Source of the DNA: Thermoanaerobaculia bacterium
GTDB lineage: Bacteria; Acidobacteriota; Thermoanaerobaculia; Gp7-AA8
Reading direction: 5' to 3'
DNA length: 64,000 nt
Assembly: GCA_036399015.1 (NCBI GenBank)
Contig: DASWNW010000086.1
Location: 722 to 64,721 of the forward strand
Below the pieces are notes generated by a model. It was given only the letters and a program-made list of their open reading frames with translations. It was not told where the DNA came from and made no database searches. How positions within the stretch are numbered: position 1 is the first letter of the stretch; each line of letters opens with the position of its first letter. This document shows positions 27,922-35,397 of this stretch, piece by piece. The translations under genes and the position numbers were made by a program.

Positions 27922-28791
27922 TCACGCCTCCGGCGCGACCTCATCGGCCGCCACGGTGCGCTTCGCGAGCGACGTCACGTAGACGACGCCGACCACGCCA
28001 CCGATCGTCAGCACCGCCCCCAGCGCGGCGGTTGCGCTGATGGTCTCCCCGATGAGCGTCGCGCCGAGGGCCATGGAGACGACCACCGCAAGCTGCGAAA
28101 TCACCCCGACCGTCATCGCGTCGACCCACCGCAGGCTGAACGTCAGCAGGAGTTGCGCGCCGATGGCGAACAGCGACGTCGCGGCGAGGTAGAACCACTC
28201 CGCCGCGGTCGGGTTCTTCCACGTCGCCACCGCCAGCGGCGCGGTGAGGAGCGTGCCGAAGAGGCAGAAGCTCGTGTAGACGGCCCAGGAGTTCTCCCCC
28301 TTGCGCGCGGCGCGCATCGCCGTTACCGCGGCGCCGGAGAGGATGCCGGAGCAGAGGCCGACCAGCTCCCATATCCCGAAGCCGAGCACGTCGCCGGGAC
28401 GGGCGTTCGCCCGCACGACCAGGTAGACGCCCGCGAGCGCGACCGGCATCGGGATCAGCACCTTGCTGCTGATGCGCTCCCGCAGGAAGAGCACCGACAG
28501 GATGCCACTGAACAGCGGTGAGGTGTAGTTGAGGAGCGTGGCCACGCCGACGCTGATCTTCTCGATGGCGATGAAGTAGCAGAGCACCGCGCTGCCCCCG
28601 AAGAGCCCGCGGTAGAAGAGGAGGTCGAGCCGCTTGAAGGTGAACGCGCTGGCGCGGAACCGCGGCACCAGCAGCGCGGGGAGGAGGCCGGTGACGAAGC
28701 GGATCAGCGCGACTTCGGACCCCGAGAGGCCGCGCGAGGCCAGCTTGGCGGCGAACGCCATCCCGCCGAACAGCAGCGCCGACGCGGTCAT
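27922..28791 (-). CDS. EamA/DMT family transporter (10 TM)
   Basis: Start at Met62 to avoid overlap with divergent GNAT; two EamA-like halves. Confidence 0.7.
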   Translation of the reverse strand: MTASALLFGGMAFAAKLASRGLSGSEVALIRFVTGLLPALLVPRFRASAFTFKRLDLLFYRGLFGGSAVLCYFIAIEKISVGVATLLNYTSPLFSGILSVLFLRERISSKVLIPMPVALAGVYLVVRANARPGDVLGFGIWELVGLCSGILSGAAVTAMRAARKGENSWAVYTSFCLFGTLLTAPLAVATWKNPTAAEWFYLAATSLFAIGAQLLLTFSLRWVDAMTVGVISQLAVVVSMALGATLIGETISATAALGAVLTIGGVVGVVYVTSLAKRTVAADEVAPEA

Positions 28792-28864
28792 GAGCAGGAG
28801 CGCCCGCTGCGTGTCGCGCGCCGCCGGCGAGGGGTCTGATATCGTCACCGCGCGGAGAATATCA

Positions 28865-29320
28865 ATGAGCGATTTTGAATACCGCGAGGCGACTTCCGAC
28901 GACGCCGGCGCGATCGTCGAGTTCCAGCTCGCCATGGCACGCGAGACCGAGGAGCTGGAGCTCGACCGCGACACCCTCAGCCGCGGAGTCGCCGCCGTTT
29001 TCGCGAACGCCGCGCTGGGCCGCTACTTCGTCGCCACCGAGGAGGAGGACGTGATCGCCTCCCTCATGGTCACGTACGAATGGAGCGACTGGCGCAACGG
29101 CATGGTCTGGTGGATCCAGAGCGTCTACGTCGTCCCCACCTTCCGCCGCCGCGGCGTCTACGCGGGCCTCTACCGCCACGTGCGCGCCTTCGTCGAAGCC
29201 GACGCCGCCATCCGCGGCATCCGCCTGTACGTCGACGAGCGGAACAAGGCGGCACAGGAGGTTTACGCGAGGCTGGGGATGAATGGGGAACACTACCGGG
29301 TGTTTGAGTGGATGAAATGA
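28865..29320 (+). CDS. GNAT family N-acetyltransferase
   Basis: Start Met78 of ORF 28634..29320; acetyl-CoA-binding motif RRRGVYAGLYRHV. Confidence 0.7.
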   Translation: MSDFEYREATSDDAGAIVEFQLAMARETEELELDRDTLSRGVAAVFANAALGRYFVATEEEDVIASLMVTYEWSDWRNGMVWWIQSVYVVPTFRRRGVYAGLYRHVRAFVEADAAIRGIRLYVDERNKAAQEVYARLGMNGEHYRVFEWMK

Positions 29321-29322
29321 CG

Positions 29323-29414
29323 GAATGAAGAATTTCGAATGAAGAATGAAGAGGTTGTTCACGGCCGCCGGCTGGACTTTATTCTTCATTCTTCATTCGA
29401 ACCTCTTCATTCGA
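29323..29414. repeat. tandem-unit hairpin repeat, unit GAATGAAGA / TCTTCATTC
   Basis: gaatgaagaatttcgaatgaagaatgaagag-loop-ttcttcattcttcattcgaacctcttcattcg. Confidence 0.75.
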
Positions 29415-29424
29415 TTGGAGCCAC

Positions 29425-32160
29425 ATGCGACGAGCCGTCACCCTCGCGATCCTCCTCCTCTCCCTCTCCCTCCACGCCCTCCCTCCAAACGTCGAAAAGA
29501 TCGACTCCTTCCGCGGCATCGACCAGTACCGCCTCAAGTCCAACGACATGACCATCCTGCTGGTGCCGAACCACGCCAGCCCGGTCGTCACGTTCATGGT
29601 GGTCTACCACGTCGGCTCGCGGAACGAGGCGCCGGGGAACACCGGCTCGGCGCACCTGCTCGAGCACATGATCTTCAACAAGTCGACCGAGAACTTCGGC
29701 CGCGCCAAGGGCCACAAGACGTTTCAGGAAGTGCTCTATGAGGCGGGCGCCGACTATTCGTCGACGAACATGACCACCTGGAACGACCGGATGAACGGCT
29801 ACTCCACGCTGCCGTCCGACAAGCTGGAGCTGGCCATGAAGATCGAGGCCGACCGGCTCGGCCGCGGCCTCATCCTCGACAGCGAGCGGCAGTCGGAGAT
29901 GTCGGTCGTCCGCAACGAGTACGAGATCGGCGAGAACGACCCGTCGAACGCGCTCTGGAAGAACGTCATCGCCACGGCCATCCAGGCGCACCCCTATCAC
30001 TGGGACACGATCGGCTACCGCTCCGACATCGAGGGCGTGACGACCGAGAAGCTGCGCGAGCACTACAAGACGTTCTTCTGGCCCGACAACGCGGAGGCCA
30101 TCCTGGTCGGCGACTTCGACACGGAGCAGGCGCTGGCGATGTTCGACCGCGAGTTCGGCGCCTTCAAGAAGAGCGACAAGCCGATCCCGCAGGTGATCAC
30201 CGTCGAGCCGCCGCAGGAAGGGGAGCGCCGCGTCGTCGTGCAGCGCCCCGGCACGGTCGGCATCGTGCAGATCGGCTACATGCGTCCCGGCGCGCTCGAT
30301 CCCGACTTCATCGTCCTCGACGTGCTCAGCTCCATCCTCGGCGACGGCGTGAACTCGCGCCTCTACCGTGCGCTCGTCGAGAAGCAGCTCGCCACCAGCG
30401 TCAGCTCGCACAACTTCACGCTCCGCGATCCCTACCCGCTGATGATCGAGGCGAACCTCGCCGCCGGAAAGGCCCACACCGACGTGGAGCAGGGCATCAA
30501 GGCCGCGGTCGCCGAGGTCGTCGCCAAAGGGGTGACGGACGAAGAGGTGAAACGCGCGCAGCAGCAGATCGAGGTCGCCGTCATCCGCAGCCGCGACGGC
30601 ACCTTCAACTACGCCTCCAACCTCGGCGAGTCGGTGGCGTCGACGAACTGGAAGTGGTTCCTGACCTACGTCGACAACGTCAAGGCCGTGACCGCCGCGG
30701 ATGTGAAGCGCGTCGCGTCGGCCTACCTGACGCCGGAGCGGGCGACCGTCGGCTGGTTCGTCCCGGGGACCGCCGTGAAGCCCGTCCCCTCTGGAGCGAC
30801 GGCCTCTCAGGCCGTCGCCGCGAAGACGGAGAGCCGGGCTGAGAGCCCGGCCGTGCAGAGAGAGACCAAACCCGCCGCCGGCTCCTTCGCCCAGCGCACC
30901 ACCCGCCGCGTCCTCCCGAACGGCATCATCGTCGACGTCGTCGAGAACCACGCCGTCCCCACCGTCGCCATCCGCGCCCTCGCGTTCGCGGGCGACATCG
31001 CCGCGCCTGCCGGGAAGCCGGCCGTCCCCGCGCTCACCGCGAAGATGCTCGCCCGCGGTACGAAGTCGCGCACGAAGGAGCAGATCGGCAAGCTGCTCGA
31101 CGACGTCGGCGCGACCCGCTCCTACGCGACTAACCTCACCGAGGCGCTGGTGAGCGCGAACGGGATGTCGCGCGACCTGCCGCTGCTGCTGGAAGTCCTC
31201 GGCGACGAATTGAAGAACCCCGCCTTCACGGCCGAGGAGCTGGAGAAGGCGAAGAACGAGCTCGAGAACGACTACCTGCGCGCCGACGATCAGACCAGCG
31301 CCCGCGCGATGCAGCGCCTCAGCCAGCTCGTCTACCGTGAGAACCATCCGTACTACGCCTTCGGCCGGGCGAAGCTCGTCGAGAGCGCGAAAGCGGCGAC
31401 CGCGGACGACCTCCGCGGCTTCCATCGCGCCCGCTACGCCGGCGCGGGGCTGATCGTGGCCATCGTCGGCGACGTCGACACCGCGAAGACGCTGGCGCTG
31501 GTCGAGAAGCAGCTCGGCGGCCTGCCGAAAGGGGAGCGGATCTCGTTCGCGCAGCTCCCACGCACCACTCCCGCCGCGAAGGGCGTGCGCGAGGCGGTGA
31601 CGATGCCCGGCAAGGCGAACATGAACATCGTCATGGGCACCGCCTCCGGTCTCCGCCGCAACGATCCCGACTACGAGGCCGCGCTCATCGCCAACGCCGC
31701 GCTCGGGCAGACGGCGCTCTCGTCACGCATCGGCCGCCGCGTGCGCGACACCGAGGGCTTGTCGTACAACCTCGCGTCGCGCTTCTGGAACAGCGACGTG
31801 CTCGACGGCGTCTGGTGGGTGAACGTCAACGTCGCGCCGCAGAACCTCGAGAAGGCGATGAAGTCGACCTACGAGGAGATCGTGAAGTTCGGCCGCGAGG
31901 GGGTCACCGACGAAGAGGTGGCGGCGCAGAAGAGCTTCTTCGCCGGCAACTACAAGGTCGGCCTCGGCTCGAACGCCGGCGTCGCCACGGCCCTCGTGAC
32001 GGCGGAGAAGTTCGGCTTCGGCCCCCGCTACCTCGACGAGTTTCCCGCGCGCATCAACGCCGTGACGAAGGACCAGGTGAACGCCGCCATGCGCAAGTAC
32101 CTCTTCCCCGACCGGCTGCACGTGATCGTGGCGGGAGATCTGGAGAAGGTGCCTGATTAG
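29425..32160 (+). CDS. secreted M16 (pitrilysin/insulinase) family zinc peptidase, double-module (911 aa), carrying in-frame palindromic-element insertion in the inter-module linker
   Basis: Signal peptide; inverted zinc motif HLLEHMIF (HxxEH); second M16-like half; linker residues ..PSGATASQAVAAKTESRAESPAVQRETKP.. are encoded by two copies of the palindromic element. Confidence 0.85.
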   Translation: MRRAVTLAILLLSLSLHALPPNVEKIDSFRGIDQYRLKSNDMTILLVPNHASPVVTFMVVYHVGSRNEAPGNTGSAHLLEHMIFNKSTENFGRAKGHKTFQEVLYEAGADYSSTNMTTWNDRMNGYSTLPSDKLELAMKIEADRLGRGLILDSERQSEMSVVRNEYEIGENDPSNALWKNVIATAIQAHPYHWDTIGYRSDIEGVTTEKLREHYKTFFWPDNAEAILVGDFDTEQALAMFDREFGAFKKSDKPIPQVITVEPPQEGERRVVVQRPGTVGIVQIGYMRPGALDPDFIVLDVLSSILGDGVNSRLYRALVEKQLATSVSSHNFTLRDPYPLMIEANLAAGKAHTDVEQGIKAAVAEVVAKGVTDEEVKRAQQQIEVAVIRSRDGTFNYASNLGESVASTNWKWFLTYVDNVKAVTAADVKRVASAYLTPERATVGWFVPGTAVKPVPSGATASQAVAAKTESRAESPAVQRETKPAAGSFAQRTTRRVLPNGIIVDVVENHAVPTVAIRALAFAGDIAAPAGKPAVPALTAKMLARGTKSRTKEQIGKLLDDVGATRSYATNLTEALVSANGMSRDLPLLLEVLGDELKNPAFTAEELEKAKNELENDYLRADDQTSARAMQRLSQLVYRENHPYYAFGRAKLVESAKAATADDLRGFHRARYAGAGLIVAIVGDVDTAKTLALVEKQLGGLPKGERISFAQLPRTTPAAKGVREAVTMPGKANMNIVMGTASGLRRNDPDYEAALIANAALGQTALSSRIGRRVRDTEGLSYNLASRFWNSDVLDGVWWVNVNVAPQNLEKAMKSTYEEIVKFGREGVTDEEVAAQKSFFAGNYKVGLGSNAGVATALVTAEKFGFGPRYLDEFPARINAVTKDQVNAAMRKYLFPDRLHVIVAGDLEKVPD
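30788..30868. repeat. two inverted copies of small palindromic element inside M16 peptidase CDS (in frame)
   Basis: ctctggagcgacggcctctcaggccgtcgcc ... gagccgggctgagagcccggccgtgcagagagag. Confidence 0.7.
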
Positions 32161-32240
32161 TTACTGGTTGCTGGTTGCTGGTTCCTTGTGAGTCGTTGAG
32201 CGCGGGCAAACCAGCAACCAGCAACTAGCAACCAGCAACG
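32161..32240. repeat. GTTGCTG-unit tandem hairpin repeat between convergent genes; right arm overlaps last codons of methyltransferase
   Basis: ttactggttgctggttgctggttcc-loop-aaaccagcaaccagcaactagcaaccagcaac. Confidence 0.75.
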
Positions 32241-32734
32241 CGCCTCATCACCAGTTCTCCGATCTCCCCCTCCCGCGAATGCAGCAACTCCCATCCCTCG
32301 AAGAACGACCCCAGCTCTCCCGGGCTGGCTGCGAACCGCCCCTTCATCCGGGCGGCGGTGACGAGCAGTCCGCCCGGGCGGAGCACCCGCTTCGCTTCCG
32401 CGAAGAGCGGGCGGTGCAGGTAATAGAGGATGAGTACGAGGTCGAACGACTCGTCCTCGAAGGGGAGCGGCGCGCCGGTCTCGAGGTCGAGCACGCGCGC
32501 GTCGACCGCCGGTTCGTGCTCCCGCAGCAGGCGGATCGCCTCCTCGGCGCCGTCGATCGCCACCACCTCCCACCCTCCGCGCGCGAGCCAGATGGCGTTC
32601 CGGCCGGCGCCGCAGGCGAGGTCGAGTGCGCGTCCGGGGGCGACGCCGCGCAGCGCATCGACGAGGAGTTCCGCCGGGCGGTCGTCGATGTCGTCGCGCG
32701 TGCGGTAGCGCTGGTTCCACTCGTCGAGACTCAC
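32225..32734 (-). CDS. class I SAM-dependent methyltransferase, TehB-like (tellurite/selenite methyltransferase family)
   Basis: 169 aa; motif I VLDLACGAGRNAIWLARGG; small TehB-like size; C-terminal VAGC-stop encoded by the GTTGCTG repeat. Confidence 0.7.
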   Translation of the reverse strand: MSLDEWNQRYRTRDDIDDRPAELLVDALRGVAPGRALDLACGAGRNAIWLARGGWEVVAIDGAEEAIRLLREHEPAVDARVLDLETGAPLPFEDESFDLVLILYYLHRPLFAEAKRVLRPGGLLVTAARMKGRFAASPGELGSFFEGWELLHSREGEIGELVMRRVAGC

Positions 32735-32799
32735 GGGCCTACAATACCCGCATGACCATCCGCGGAATCATCCAGGCGCTCACCCGTGGGGAGGGAAAG

Positions 32800-33237
32800 A
32801 TGCTCGAGCCCGGCCAGCAGGCACCCGACTTCGACGTACGCGATCACCAGGGGAACAACGTCCGCCTCCGCGACCTTCGCGGCAAGAAGGTCGTGCTCTG
32901 GTTCTACCCGAAGGCCGACACACCCGGTTGAACGCGGGAAGGTTCCGGGTTCCGGGACCTCATCGGCGAGTACGAGCAGAAGAACACCCGCGTCCTCGGC
33001 GTCAGCTTCGACGACGAGCAGGCCAACCGGCGCTTCGCGGAAAAGTACAACTTCCCCTTCCCGCTCCTCTGCGACACCGACCGCTCGATCGGCGTGGCGT
33101 ATGGCGCCGCCGAGTCGGGGAAGGACGAGTACGCGCGCCGCATCGCGTACGTCATCGACGAGGAAGGGAAGATCGCGCAGGCGCATGCGAAGGTGGATGC
33201 GTCGAGCTACCCGCGGGAGCAACTGAAGAGTTTGTAA
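32800..33237 (+). CDS. bcp: Bcp/PrxQ-type peroxiredoxin with in-frame TGA (32929-32931) at the peroxidatic Cys position: candidate selenocysteine-containing peroxiredoxin
   Basis: ATG 32800 with GGGGAGGGAAAG RBS; N-term MLEPGQQAPDF..KKVVLWFYPKADTPG-[TGA]-TREGSGFRDL..VLGVSFDDEQANRRFAEKYNFPFPLLCDTD.. colinear with Bcp; frame intact to TAA at 33235; hairpin AGGUUCCGG-GUU-CCGGGACCU 9 nt after UGA. Confidence 0.7.
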
Positions 33238-33302
33238 CACTCTCCCTGCAACCAATTCGCTACGGCTACGTTTAAACGCTCCAGACAACGAGGAGTGTTC
33301 AG

Positions 33303-34523
33303 ATGAGCGCGAAGCGGAAACGGAAAGTCACCATTGTCTCGGTCATCCTGCTGCTGGTGGTGATCGGCGGCACCGTCGCCATCAAGGCCAACGGCAAGGA
33401 CAAGAAGGCGCCCGAGTCGCCGGTCAAGGTTGCGAAGGCCGAAGTCGGCGACGTGCAGGTCAAGGTCACGGAAGTCGGCACCGTCGAGCCGGAAGTGAAG
33501 GTGGAAGTGAAGTCCGCCATTTCCGGCAAAGTCATCGAGATCCTGCACCGCGACGGCGACGTCGTGAAGCGTGGCCAGGTGCTGGCGCGCGTGGAGCCCG
33601 ATCTCAACCAGGCGCAGTCGCTCGCCGACACGAAGAACTCCGTCGCCTCCGCCGAGATCCGTTTCAGCGAGGCGAAGAAGAACTGGGAAGCCGACAACAA
33701 CCTCCTCCTGCAGGGGCTCCTCGCGCCGAAGCAGGCGCGCGACGCCGAGACCGAGTACCTCGAGGCGCGCCAGGACTTCGAGAAGGCGCGCGAGAAGTAC
33801 ACGCTCGCCGAGAAGAGCGGCATCCCCATCGGCCAGTCGGCCGCCAGCTTCCAGGGCTCCAGCATCGTCGCGCCGATGGACGGCCTCGTGCTGACCAAGG
33901 ACGTGGAGATCGGCGAGTCGATCACCTCCGGCGTGTCGTCGTTCAACGGCGGCACGGTGCTGTTCACCGTCGCCGACACCTCGCGCATGATCGTGAAGGC
34001 CGGCGTGAACGAGGTCGACATCGGCAAGATCCGCGTCGCGATGCCGGTGCGCGTGACCCTCGACGCCTATCCGAAGGTCCTCTTCAACGGCAAGATCGAC
34101 CGCATCGCGCCCGCCGTCCGGCTCGACGACAAGGTCCGCGTCTTCGACATCGAAGTGCGCCTCGACGCGCAGGGCCGCGAGCTCCGCTCCGGCATGACCG
34201 CGAACATCGAGGTCATCGGCGAGAAGAAGGAGAAAGTCCTCACCATCCCCGTCGAGTCGGTCTTCAAGCGCGACGAGCAGGAAGTGGTCTACGTGAAGAA
34301 GGCCATCGACCCCGCCGCGTTCGCGAAGCAGGCGAAGAAGGACGACAAGGAAAAGAAGGACGACAAGGACGCCTGGAAGCAGTTCTTCGACCGCCGCACC
34401 ATCACCACCGGCCTCGCCGACAACGCCCGCGTCGAAGTGCTCAGCGGGTTGAAGGCAGGGGACGAAGTGGCGCTGGAAGATCCGACCCTGTCGAAGAAGG
34501 ATCAGGACGAGAACGACGATTAA
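33303..34523 (+). CDS. efflux transporter periplasmic adaptor subunit (HlyD/MacA family)
   Basis: 406 aa; N-terminal TM, coiled-coil and lipoyl/beta-barrel segments; first gene of ABC efflux operon. Confidence 0.8.
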   Translation: MSAKRKRKVTIVSVILLLVVIGGTVAIKANGKDKKAPESPVKVAKAEVGDVQVKVTEVGTVEPEVKVEVKSAISGKVIEILHRDGDVVKRGQVLARVEPDLNQAQSLADTKNSVASAEIRFSEAKKNWEADNNLLLQGLLAPKQARDAETEYLEARQDFEKAREKYTLAEKSGIPIGQSAASFQGSSIVAPMDGLVLTKDVEIGESITSGVSSFNGGTVLFTVADTSRMIVKAGVNEVDIGKIRVAMPVRVTLDAYPKVLFNGKIDRIAPAVRLDDKVRVFDIEVRLDAQGRELRSGMTANIEVIGEKKEKVLTIPVESVFKRDEQEVVYVKKAIDPAAFAKQAKKDDKEKKDDKDAWKQFFDRRTITTGLADNARVEVLSGLKAGDEVALEDPTLSKKDQDENDD

Positions 34524-34540
34524 TACGCGCCTACGGCGCG

Positions 34541-34621
34541 GTTGCTGGTTGCTGGTTGCTCGTGAACTCCCAGCCACACGGCGCCATAGCAACCAGCAAC
34601 CAGTAACCAGTAACCAGCAAC
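34541..34621. repeat. GTTGCTG-unit tandem hairpin repeat inside efflux operon (between adaptor and ATPase genes)
   Basis: gttgctggttgctggttgctcgtg-loop-caaccagcaaccagtaaccagtaaccagcaac. Confidence 0.75.
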
Positions 34622-34638
34622 GCGAGCGGAGCGAGCCA

Positions 34639-35394
34639 ATGAGCGCAGTCTTCAAATTCGAATCCTGGCAGGAATCCGAGCCCGTGGCGCCGACCGCGGT
34701 GGCGGTCGACAAGTCGCTCATCCAGCTCGAGCGCGTCTTCAAGACCTACGACTCCGGCGAGAACGCCGTGCAGGCGCTGCGCGGCGTCGACCTGAAGATC
34801 GGCGCCGGCGAGTTCTGCGCGATCATCGGCCCCTCCGGCTCCGGCAAGTCGACCCTCATGCACATCCTCGGCTGCCTCGACTCGCCGACCGAGGGGCGGT
34901 ACTGGCTCGACGGCGAAGACGTCGCGGCGATGACGGGCAAGCAGCTCGCCCGCATCCGCAACAAGAAGCTCGGGTTCGTCTTCCAGACCTTCAACCTCCT
35001 GCCGCGCGCCACGATCTGGAAGAACGTCGAGCTGCCGCTGCTCTACGCCGGCGTCGACGGCGACGAGCGCCGCGAGCGGGCGTACAAGGCGCTCGAGCGG
35101 GTCGGGCTCGCCGACCGCGCCAAGCACCGCCCGAACCAGTTGTCGGGCGGCCAGCGACAGCGCGTCGCCGTGGCGCGTGCCCTCGTGAACGCCCCCTCGC
35201 TGATCCTCGCAGACGAGCCGACCGGGAACCTCGACCAGAAGACCGGCGGCGACATCATCCGCCTCTTCGAGGAAGTGGCGGCCGGCGGGCAGACCATCGT
35301 CCTCGTCACGCACGATCCCGCGATCGCCGCGCGCACGCACCGCCGCATCCGCATCGTGGACGGTCTCGTGGCGGACGGCGACGAGCTGGAGTAG
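34639..35394 (+). CDS. ABC transporter ATP-binding protein (MacB/LolD-like)
   Basis: Start Met31 of ORF 34549..35394; Walker A GPSGSGKST, signature LSGGQRQRVAVARAL, Walker B ILADEPTGNLD. Confidence 0.85.
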   Translation: MSAVFKFESWQESEPVAPTAVAVDKSLIQLERVFKTYDSGENAVQALRGVDLKIGAGEFCAIIGPSGSGKSTLMHILGCLDSPTEGRYWLDGEDVAAMTGKQLARIRNKKLGFVFQTFNLLPRATIWKNVELPLLYAGVDGDERRERAYKALERVGLADRAKHRPNQLSGGQRQRVAVARALVNAPSLILADEPTGNLDQKTGGDIIRLFEEVAAGGQTIVLVTHDPAIAARTHRRIRIVDGLVADGDELE

Positions 35395-35397
35395 GCC

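Noticed and set aside
32929-32931. Simple explanation of the bcp TGA as a nonsense mutation or sequencing error
   Set aside because: Not fully excluded. It is considered less likely because the TGA sits exactly at the one codon where Cys-to-Sec replacement is known to be functional, the downstream frame is perfectly conserved, and a SECIS-like hairpin follows. It is kept as a finding with explicit refutation criteria.
32928-33275. ORF 32928..33275 (+) and 32786..33226 (+) called across the bcp region
   Set aside because: They are in other frames than the Bcp homolog and encode Arg/Pro-rich nonsense. The biologically coherent reading is the single frame 32800..33237 with TGA at the Cys position.
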